A DNA stretch of 64,000 nucleotides from Octopus sinensis. Taxonomy: Eukaryota. The stretch covers positions 97,030,001-97,094,000 of the forward strand of contig NC_043001.1 of the NCBI RefSeq assembly GCF_006345805.1. Reading direction: 5' to 3'. Position 1 is the first letter of the stretch. Each line of letters starts with the position of its first letter. The position numbers and the translations under genes were made by a program. Below the pieces are notes generated by a model. The model did not search any database. It saw only the letters and a program-made list of their open reading frames with translations, and was not told the DNA's origin. Shown here one piece after another: positions 53,091 through 64,000 of this stretch.

Positions 53091-53927
53091 TTGATAGCAG
53101 CTAGACCTGTTCTTCGCACTCTGACCTGTCAACATCTGATGACTCAGAAATACTGATACACACCCACTGTACAACTGAAAAACGGACATAAAATCACGAG
53201 TATCTACAGTTTTCCCTGTCAAAACCCACAAACAATCATCTCTCATGTAATTTTAAAATCTTGAATAGCTACAATTTTCTGTGAGGATTTATTATTTCTT
53301 TCAAAATGTCTTTAAAACTTGACTATCAACAGCTTTCTGCGTCCGAACATGTAGATTATCATCTTTCATAAAACTTTAAAAACTTGGAATATCTACAATA
53401 TTCTCTGAATACTTGAAATATCTTTTTCTCAAATTATCCGAATATGTAAACATCTCTTTTATTGCAAGAACTCTCATAAATATTTCCAGATAAATGGCGG
53501 TGCCCCAGCATGGCCACAGCTCGTGAGCTGAAATTAGAATCAATCATATCTAACTGAAGCAACTTCAAAATAAGCGACATTCTAGGAGCACATTATCCAT
53601 TAATTTCTTCCAGTCTCTCGGACACACAAACATCGGCCCCAGACACTGTCGGGAACTGGTAACAAACGTAAACCATAACTAACTGATATACTTGCAAACT
53701 GCACAATTACGAAATCCATAAAGCACAGCAAAGTTAATAAAATAAGCTTATAAAAGAAATAAATCAACGGTGTGTGTTTTTCCTAACGGTAATTGAAACA
53801 CAAGGTCAGTCGGTTCTCTTCAACATCTCCCATCGCTCTCAATTATTATGATGGTAGTAAACACATATATTGACTTCTGCTGACCGCATTGACATATATG
53901 TAGTTGCAAATACAGATATACGTGTGT

Positions 53928-53998
<71 letters not shown>

Positions 53999-54650
53999 AA
54001 GTATGCATGTTACTCTCAGCTATATTTTTCGAACAATATGTGTGTGTGCGTGCAAGTGTTGTAACTAATTACATATAGTAATGTATGTGGCACTCCGTCG
54101 GTTACGACGACGAGAGTACAAGTTGAACTGATCCACGGAACAGCTTGCTCGTAAAATTAAAGTGTAAGTGGCTGAGCATGTGCAAATGGCTGAGCACTTA
54201 GCGTAGTTCTCGGGGTGATTCAGCGTGACACAGCGTGTGACAAGGCTGGCCTTTTGAAATACAAGTACAACAGAAGCAGGAAGAAAGAATGAGAGAAAGA
54301 CGTGGTGCAATGGTACAACATTTTGAGTTCAAATTCCGCCACTTTATATTTCATAATTTCGGAGTCGAGAAAATAAGTACCATTCAAGCACTGGGTTTGA
54401 ACCCTTCTCCTGGAATTACTGGGCCTTGTACCATAATCTAAAATCAAAAGTACTACTTCCATTATGTAGATGTGTCAGAGTGGAAGGTAAAACTTATATG
54501 GTATTTGATTAGAAAGCTCAAAGTTTTAAATTCAGATCCCAAGCTGAACATTACCCACTATAGATCAAATGATTGCCAATATGATTCTGGAATTGGCTAG
54601 ATCATCAATATCTTCCAAAACATAGATCATGTGTCCGTTTGTGAAATCAA

Positions 54651-54710
<60 letters not shown>

Positions 54711-55444
54711 CATTATTATTATTATTAGCATAAAACAGATGAAAAACAGTAGTGTTACTGGGGGAATCTATTAATTTTGCAATATATTCCATCCGCCTTT
54801 CTTATCAGTGAAAATCGCCCTGCGAACGATTTCATATTTTATCTTCCGTGGAGGACGAGATAAATTGCAGGCATATACCTGCGACTTAGAATTGCGAAAG
54901 CTAACTAAATGAATGACTGAGTTAAACATTTATAGCTCATAAAGTTAAATCTAATATTTCGTTTTTATTTTCACTCCAGGTATCGGAAATATATATCAGA
55001 TAATTTGCTAACAACACCTCCTACTAAATGGCTTTGAATCTAGAATTAAAAAAAAAAAATACTCATGTGCGAACAGAATTAAGATTTGAGAGATAAGTGA
55101 GTTCAGCATCTAAAAAACTGTTAATTTAGGGGTTTTTTTTTCATATTTTAGGATGAAAGTTAAGCCGACAATATTCAGAGATCTTTCTATATTTTGATTG
55201 ACCGCGTGCCTGGACACGGAAAGTACATCTCCACATCGAAGACATGGTCAATATATTTTTACAGAATACTACCAGTTGATAATGTATGCATAGATTTATT
55301 TCCTAAGATGTTGAAGCTAAAAGAAGGGCCAACATAAGCTGGATAATGTGTCGTTGCAGTCAGAATCTTAAGATACTACATCTCTGTTAATGACTTATAG
55401 GTAAGTGGTATTTCGTTATACCGCCAAAACATACTATAAAGCAT

Positions 55445-55660
55445 ACTCTTTTTTTTTCTCTTTTTTTTTGTTTCAGTTATTTGACTGCGGCCATACTGGA
55501 GCACCGCTTTTAGTCGAGGAAATCGACCCTAGGACTTATTATTTGTAAGCCTAGTACTTCATTCTATCGAACTCTTTGCCGAACCGCTAGTTTACGGGGA
55601 CGTAAACACGCCAGCATCGGTTGTCAAGCGAAGTTCGGGGGACAAAAACAGACACACAAA
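55445..55660 (-). mobile_element. SINE S1 3' half
   Basis: Same block as 9266-9455. Confidence 0.85.
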
Positions 55661-55743
55661 CATATACACATACAGACACATCACACACATCACACACACA
55701 CACACACACACAGACACACACACACCACACACACACACACAGA

Positions 55744-55798
<55 letters not shown>

Positions 55799-55830
55799 TA
55801 TGCTCATAGTAATTGTAATATATAAAACCG

Positions 55831-56040
55831 AAGGCGGCGAGCTGCAGAAATGTTAGCACTCCGTGCGAAATGCTTAGGGGTATGTCGTCTGTCTTTACGT
55901 TCTGAGTTCAAATTCCGCCGAGGTCGACTTTGCCTTTCATCATTTCGGGCGCCATAAATTAAGTAATAGTTCAGTATTGGGGTCTTTCTAATCAACTGGC
56001 CTCCACCCGCGAAATTTCGGGCTTTGTGCCTAGAAAAGTA
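55831..56040 (+). mobile_element. SINE family S2
   Basis: aaggcggcgagctgcagaaatgttagcac...gagttcaaattccgccgaggtcgac. Confidence 0.85.
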
Positions 56041-56079
56041 TATATTTTCTTTTGGTTATATATATATAATCTTCTATTC

Positions 56080-56254
56080 ATGTATTTGTTGCAATCATTT
56101 GACTCCAGCCATGATGGAGCAACACCTTTAGTACTTATTCTTTGTAAGTGTAGTACTTATTCTATCGGTCACTTGTGCCGAACCCCTAATTTGCAGAGAC
56201 GTTAACATAGCAGCATCGGTTGTCAAACGATGATGGGGGGGAAATCACACACAC

Positions 56255-56344
<90 letters not shown>

Positions 56345-56890
56345 TCCGGCTTCTTTCCATTCCCGTCTACCAACTTTAACTACAAGGCTTTGGTGAGCCG
56401 CAGGTTATAGTAGTAGTCACTAGCCCAAGGTGCCACATAGTGGGACTGAACCCGGAACCATGTGGTTTGGAATCATGCTTCTTATCACACAGCCATAACT
56501 GCGCCTTGCTTACGAACCACACGCCTCCGGGTTGATTTCCACTGTCTGGCAACTTGGGCAAGTGTCTTCTACTATAGTCTTGGGCCGACTAGAGACTGGT
56601 GAGTGGATTTGGGAAACGGAATCTGAAGGAAGCCCGTCGTATATATGTAGATATATATATATGTATGTGTATGTATATGTTTGTGTGTCTGTGTTTGTCT
56701 CCCCACCAACATCGCTTGATAACCGATGATGGTGTGTTTACGTACCCCTAACTTAGCGGTTCGGCAAAAGAAACCGATAGAATAGATACTAGGCTTACAA
56801 AGAATAAGTCCTGGGGTCGATTTGGTCGACTACAAGCAGTGTTCCAGCATGGCCGCAGTCAGATGACTGAAACAAGTAAAAGATAAAAGA
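56080..56890. mobile_element. Head-to-head pair of S1 SINEs
   Basis: Minus copy 56080-56506 directly abuts plus copy 56507-56890. Confidence 0.8.
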
Positions 56891-56928
56891 TAGTAAAAAG
56901 TATATATATATATATACATATATATATA

Positions 56929-57033
<105 letters not shown>

Positions 57034-57398
57034 GAAATTCATATTGATTTTAAATTCAAGCTCACACATCATAAGCTTAGAGACGTATACATCCATAACC
57101 GGCGTATCTGTTATACACCTAAAGTTGATTGGATCGTCTGTAACATCTAAAATTCAGAATAATTTAATTCCCTAATTATGAAGTCGATCAATCGATACGT
57201 ATATAATTATGTAAAGAATTTAGTTTAACGTTTTCGCATTTCGTTGAAGAAATTGTTTTAGTAAATATTTCGTATACAAACACACTTATGCATACACACA
57301 AATATATATGTATGTATGAATATATTTACGGATATGCATATATGCGTATATATAAAATGATGAATATGTATATATATATGTGTGTGTATGTATATATG

Positions 57399-57432
<34 letters not shown>

Positions 57433-58040
57433 TATATTTGTATGTATTGTTATTAACCTTAGATTTATAGTTGCACATTGGAGAAGATGTTATCTTAATT
57501 AGTTCCACTTAGTTGATTTTCATTTGGAGATTGCGCTCTGATAATTTCACGAGTAGTAGAAGATGTAAGCTGCTTTCACTGTTACCGACATTCGAAGGAG
57601 ACGCATAGCTAATTGATTGATTAACTGAAGTGTAAATATATGCTAACGCTGAAGTCTGTTTAGTTATGCAACATCTTTGTCACGTGGTTTCTAAGTAAGG
57701 TTGAGCAATGTACGCACAAAAATAAATGAGTAAATTGTCTTTGTTAAACACAGCATGGCCGCACAACGCGAGAAAAATAGTAGCCAAATCTTTCTCAACT
57801 TAGGACGTGCTGACTTCAATTTGGAGTGGAAAAGTCGATAATTTAAACATTGATATTCAATGCCCAAAGAGATTCGTACTAGGACTCCCCACAGGAATGA
57901 TCTGCTAGGACTGAACGGAGCCTAACTCAGGCCCTTTGCATCTACTCCCATAAATATATTACGTTCATACATACACGCCCTCTCTACATCCATCCATCCA
58001 TCCATCCATCCATCCATCCATCCATCCACCCGCCCACCCG

Positions 58041-58088
<48 letters not shown>

Positions 58089-58390
58089 AATACACACACA
58101 AAAATACACACCCATTGAATGAAACCCGTGTTGTTGATGTTATGTCTACAGCACGTACATCTACAACAAAATGTTTTGTGACATTTAAAAATATTCATAG
58201 CTTTATCTGCTTCGAGATCAAATGCCCCCCCCCAATAGAATTATATATGCACACACACACACACACACACCCACACAAACACACACACACAGAGGCAAAA
58301 GCACTTTAGCAGTCAAATATTATTGAGTATCTGCATTTCTATCTACTTCTGTATTTATACTTATATATACACACACATACGGACACAAGA

Positions 58391-58427
<37 letters not shown>

Positions 58428-59964
58428 ATATGTATTTATGTATGTGTATATACATATATATATGTATATATGTATACTGTATACATACATACATACATAC
58501 ATGTATACACACATATGGTCATGTAAATGTGTGTGTGTCTCTTTCTATATATAACGTATGTATATTACATTCAATTATTTTCTCTAAGATTTATTTACTT
58601 CGCCATTTGAATTCGACAGTTATAGACAGAAATAGGTACAAACTACGTCCCCCTTGGAGGAAGAAAATTATAAAATCTATTTCATGAATTTCTATTTGTT
58701 TTCTTTCCTTTTTTCACTCAGCTAAACCAGTCTCGACCGTATATTATTGAGGTTCTTAATATAAACAATTGTTGAAATTTCAGTAGTGTTGGTATTTGCT
58801 ATATTTTTGATCGTTTTCTTTAAATGTTCATTTCGAATATTCTAGTAACAAAGATATAGTAATTTGCAATATTTACAATACCCAATCGTCCTATTTCACG
58901 TGGCTATAATATCTATGTTGTTTCGTTGTTTTCGTCGTCTTTATTGTCATCGTTGTGGTCGATATATTTGTTTTTATCTGCAATTTTTTTCTTTTTTGTT
59001 TTAAAATTTTTCCATCCTTATTTCCTTTTCCTTTCTCCCTTCTGTCCATTTTCGTATTTCTGTCTCACCAGTTTTCCTCTTGTTCCTCTGCCATTTCTTC
59101 AATCGTGTTTGGTTCGTGTCCAAAATTTTAACAGCATATTATATTTGGCGAATTCGCAAATCTATTCCAAGGGAAATAAATGAAATAAACGGAAAGTAAC
59201 AAGATCTCGGAAACGAAAGGATATACAAATATACATATACAGATACCTACATACACATATATATATATAGCTACATAAACACTATTGCAAGTATCTGTGT
59301 GTGTTTGTGTGTGTATGTGTGTGTGGTTGTGCTAAAAGAAGGAAGAATATAATTAAGGTAAAAAACAAACAGCACTAAAAAATTCACTTCACAGGAGTCG
59401 AGGTAATGTTTGGTATATAAATAGACACGGATATTAATGAAATATGATAATTTCTACATAATATTTTATTCCACTTTAATGATCGGTTAGACAGAATTTA
59501 TTAATGTTCGTGGTTAAAACGCTTGTGCATGATTTTAAGAGCTGACAAACCGAAACCAATATAATGTTTGAATTCCTTTATTATCTCCACTTGCAAAAGC
59601 CCTGAAAGACTGACAATATACTAGGGCTGTTCTTTTAAGACTTGGGTGTATTATAAATAGAAAATCGAATATGGAAATACCTGCATAATGTAACTGATGA
59701 AATTTTGATTTTGATCATTTCCATTCGTTAACTGTTGTAATTGTTCCACGTAGCTCAGATATCGTACTACTGATTGCGAAGCGCTTATCGCTCTCAATCA
59801 GGAACTAAGGATGCATAGAAATACTCATAAGACCATTGTATTTCACTCAACTTTCATTTTAAAGTGAATGCTCATCAGCTAAATTGATCGGTTCCTCACA
59901 TTTCCATTTTGATAATCTCCTGCAATTAAGTGACTTTGCTTACATGAATATACATATATATCTA

Positions 59965-60130
59965 GGCGCGGGAGTGGCTATGTGGTAAGTAGCTTGCTTA
60001 TCAACCATATGGTTCTGGGTTCATTCCCACAGCGTGGCACCTTGGGCAAGTGTTTTCTACTATTACCTCGGGCCGACCAAATCGTTGTGAGTGGATTTGG
60101 TGGACAGAAACTGAAAGAAGCCCGTCATAT
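59965..60130 (+). mobile_element. SINE S1 5' half
   Basis: ggcgcgggagtggctatgtggtaagtagcttgc...gaaagaagcccgtc. Confidence 0.85.
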
Positions 60131-60348
60131 ATATGTATATATATATAAGGAGACCATCCAGAAGAATTTCAGGAGTCCATGGTTTGAAAGGCCAATTGCG
60201 ATTTTATTGAATAAATTGACTCTTTAGTACTTCAAGATATTTCTATGTAATTTTGGTAAACATATCTGTTAAAATAAGATGTCAGTGTTATTATCAGTGT
60301 TGCGTAATTTAGACGACCTTTTATTCACCGCACCCAGTAATACATCTT

Positions 60349-61000
60349 ACTATAATGGGCGTTACGTCCGTCTGTCTTCCCGTCTGTCCTACTTCCCGTC
60401 TGTCTGTTTCCTCTTCAGGGTCAAACAGCAGGTCCAATGGTCACGATGTTTTTCGGGATTACGCAGGAGGTAATCAGGTAGGTTTTAACGAAACAAATAT
60501 GAGAAAAAGTATGATTATTTAGTGGATATTGAGTTTTGTACTAATAAATCACCTTTGAGTTTTCTTGTAAAATTCCGACGATGATTATAACAGTGAATTT
60601 CTCCACCCCGTATAGTTCATGAACTTAGAGGGTTTTGATCTGCGATACTATCCCTCTATTTCCCATCGTAGATGGGACATTAGCTATTTCACTATAATGG
60701 GCGTTTGTCAGTCTCTTTGTTTGATCCCTCTTCACGGCCAGGCGGTTGGACCAGTGGTTACGATATTTTTCGTTATTACAAAGACGGTGGTAAGGAAGGT
60801 TTTTAGCATTAAAAAATCAGAAAGTATGATTATTACATGGATATCGATTATTGAATTAACAAACCTCCTTCGCAATTTTACTGAAAATTCACTGACAACG
60901 AGTAAATCTGAATTTTCATCGTACAGTTCGAGGCCCCATCGTAGATACGAAGGTGGTCGCGAGGACGGTTAAGAGCGAAAATAACATGGAAAAAGTGTGT
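60349..61000 (+). repeat. Two diverged tandem units of about 340 bp with (GTCY)-like repeats; possible Helentron-associated (HINE/DINE-1-like) element
   Basis: actataatgggcgtt, ctcttca, gaaagtatgattatt and cccatcgtagat recur about 340 bp apart; cgtccgtctgtc run near the start. Confidence 0.45.
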
Positions 61001-61079
61001 GTCAGTAAATAGTGATTATTCAGCGGTTATTGAAGTTTATCAGTCTCGATCAGGATTCGAAACCTCTAATCAAAATGGC

Positions 61080-61270
61080 TGTTGTTTACATCTCAGATTT
61101 ATCTACATTATTTACATTTGACGGTTATGTGTTCTCATTTTGTTGTTATGGCAACGTTTCGGCTGATTTGTGGTAATAAGAAACAAGATAAGGACACATA
61201 TCCGTCCAATGTAAATAATGTAAATATTATACATAATTCCTTATCTCAAAAATATAGAGCAGTATAATCT
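61080..61270. mobile_element. Degenerate fold-back of family A tail
   Basis: tttacatttgacggttatgtgttctcat..gtttcggctgat on the left and gataaggacacatatccgtccaatgtaaataatg on the right. Confidence 0.65.
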
Positions 61271-62651
61271 CAGTTTTGTCAAGAACTGAGAGGTAAGTCT
61301 CAGATTGAGTTTTTGCAACCTTAATGATCCGCTCGCGCATTCACAGGAAATAAATCTGAGGGCGAGATTTTAGATTGTGTAGGTGTATTTTTACCCACTC
61401 CGATGTTTGTACACTGCCAGTTATACGTCGCTATAAGTAGAGCATCAGTCTCCAGTAATTAAAAAATTAGTGTCGACCAAACAGAAAATATCGTCTACGA
61501 AGACGTTTTGTGATCATATTGATATTATCGCAAGGAATATGATTAATAATTTAAATATGGAAATTTGTGAACTTTGAATGTATAAGAGTACAAACAAGCG
61601 TAAAATAGTCTAAACAACTAAAATAAGAGTATATCTAAATAATATTTTTTAAATACTTTTTATGTAGTCGTTGAAGGAAGGTCTGGCTCTCATTAGGAGG
61701 TCCACATAGCAATTCATTACACAAAGGCTGGGAGCGTTTTTCAGTTCGGGAGTGAATCGTCATCACATATCACTTAGTCTCAAACACATGTCATATAGCT
61801 GCCATAGAATGCTGTATAACCAACAATAATATGATTTCTCTAAGACATCACCCAGTAATCTATCAAGTCCAGTTAGACATTCCTCAATATATACTGCTGT
61901 TATAACTTCCCTCCCTCATGTTATGCCTTCATCGTAGATGGATGTATTTGCTAGTATATGTAATGCAGTGATCCAGGAACGGTAGGATACGTACCAGGCC
62001 TACAAAAAGAATGAAACCAACTTTTTCGACTAAGAGAGAAGTAAAAGACGAGATAAAAGATATAACGCGGGCAGTGGAATTTGTACCGAACATGTAAGAT
62101 TCTGGGCTAGGCTACCCTTTCTCAAACGTTTACGCGCCGTCAGATTTTTCACGTCTCTCTGAGCAGAGGGGTCTCTCCTTGGAGCGCAGGACCATGAGTT
62201 CTGATGAACGATTTGGTGTACAAGATGCGACAAGGAAAGCAATCTGTCCCCAGTCTTGCGGACGTAAGTTTTCGAGACCCTGTAGTGAATATGACTATTG
62301 AGTATTGATGAAACGCAAAGTTCATTCTATGTTAGCAAGAAACGCTTCTGTTTCAATATGATCCTAGATATACCTTCCTAATATATAACAGCTATTATAT
62401 GAGCTCTCGCATAATTATTATTTATGGCGATATTTAAAATCAGCTAAAATGACTGAAAATCCAACAGTGTTTCTTGCAAAGACAACATTATATTGGTCTG
62501 AAAGTTCCAAGTTTGTTTCACAAGGATCCGATCTTTAACAAGCAGTTTTCTTTCACCGAAGCATTTACTTTTAAAAACGCCCTTATACATACACACACAC
62601 ACACACACACAATATATATATATATATTTGCTTGTATATATACGTATATTC

Positions 62652-62684
<33 letters not shown>

Positions 62685-62703
62685 GTTTGCATATATAAGT
62701 ATA

Positions 62704-62777
<74 letters not shown>

Positions 62778-62815
62778 ATAAGTATGTTTGTATATATACG
62801 TATATTCGTACACAT

Positions 62816-62865
<50 letters not shown>

Positions 62866-63684
62866 TCCGGTTTTCCGTCCTTGTTTTGTATACATTCGAG
62901 GCTTTCTTCCAAGGAATCTAATGCGCTTGGCTTAGATTTTCCTTTGGGGCTGGCCAGATCGGAGCAATCTCAAGATTAATCAGTCGAAATTGCGAAGATG
63001 ATCCGGTTCTTATGTATATTATTCAGATGCTATTCTATTCTCAGTTATGTAATTTATAAGCACATAGACGTCAACATTACTCTAGTGACGAAAAACAAAT
63101 TTCCAAGAAAGACAATAGTAAAGCACTGCTTACAGTTGCTAATGGCTCCGCTACACTACATCAAAAATACTACCTTGCATCTAATTACTTAATCTCATTT
63201 TTTTTTTGCTTACTAATATATTCTATTCGTCTCTGAGACAGCTAATCACTCACCATCTCTGGTTTAGGCCCAGGTGATTTAGCCACGCATCCCCAACTTT
63301 ATTGAATATACAGTATCTTAAAGCTGGGTACTCTCGCTTTCAATATATACAATACGACGAAGACTACTAAAAAAATTTCCATTGTATGTTATTTTATAGA
63401 ATTTCGAGTTTGTGTTAGATTCTCAAAGCATACCACTTAAGGTAAACGTTATACTAACAACAATATATAATTACAAGTTATATATCAAGAGACAAGAATT
63501 TGTATGTATGTGAGTGTATGTGTTTGCGTGTGCTAGTGTGGACGCATGCATGTGTAATCATTGACAATGGTGTTTCATAAACGTGTTACTCTAAACAAGA
63601 CGAGAACTTTCAATGATTTGGATCCCTTTATAACTAAATACTTCTGTCATTACATATTTATATTTGTTTCAAGCTCTAAAAACA

Positions 63685-63833
63685 TATTGTGGTAATAAGC
63701 TTGCTTCCCAACCACATGGTTCTTGTTTCAGTTCCACTGCGGGAGACCTTGGGCAAGTGTCAACTAATATAGCCTCGGGCTGACCAGAGCCTTGCGAATG
63801 AATTTGGTTGAAGCAAACTGAAAGTAGCCCAAC

Positions 63834-63835
<2 letters not shown>
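63685..63835 (-). mobile_element. SINE S1 5' half
   Basis: Reverse complement of the S1 head and body start. Confidence 0.8.
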
Positions 63836-63899
<64 letters not shown>

Positions 63900-64000
63900 A
63901 TTAGAGACAAAACCACTATTAGGCAAATCATACAATGGAAAACTTAAGCCAATACATAAGATTATTTAATTTATATTATTTAAATATTCTTATGAATTGG

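Noticed and set aside
53136-53165. CTGATGA followed by a TCAG/CTGA stem
   Set aside because: No GAAA after the stem and no helix I or III. Other isolated CTGATGA words (about 1285 minus, 25227, 59694, 62201) fail in the same way.
59770-59801. Small hairpin ctgattg..agcg/cgct..caatcag
   Set aside because: Too short for a pre-miRNA and expected by chance at this scale.
61990-62290. CR1/L2-like LINE remnant
   Set aside because: Only vague translated similarity.

Overview
AT-rich, repeat-dominated eukaryotic DNA. The SINE families and the (TA)n/(CA)n/(TATG)n load resemble an octopus (coleoid cephalopod) genome; this is inferred from recalled repeat families and was not searched. I found no intact host protein-coding gene, and most of the ORF track is translated microsatellite. 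Recognisable elements: a near full-length but disrupted R4/Dong-clade non-LTR retrotransposon (40438-44413, minus) inserted in a (TAA)n tract, two large mariner copies plus two partial ones, a degraded Penelope RT/GIY-YIG segment, two more restriction-like-endonuclease LINE remnants, and many tRNA-derived SINEs. The main signal not explained by ORFs is a set of hammerhead-ribozyme motifs from at least five unrelated sequence families. The best case is a 477-bp tandem dimer (34341-35326) with a type I hammerhead in each unit, which looks like a retrozyme that could release a 477-nt monomer or circular RNA. Others are a tRNA-headed SINE with a hammerhead tail (split by the Dong LINE) and several fold-back elements whose arms carry GAA + palindrome + H helix-III motifs. 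Ribozyme activity and novelty are predictions; nothing was tested or searched. Boundaries of degraded elements are approximate.
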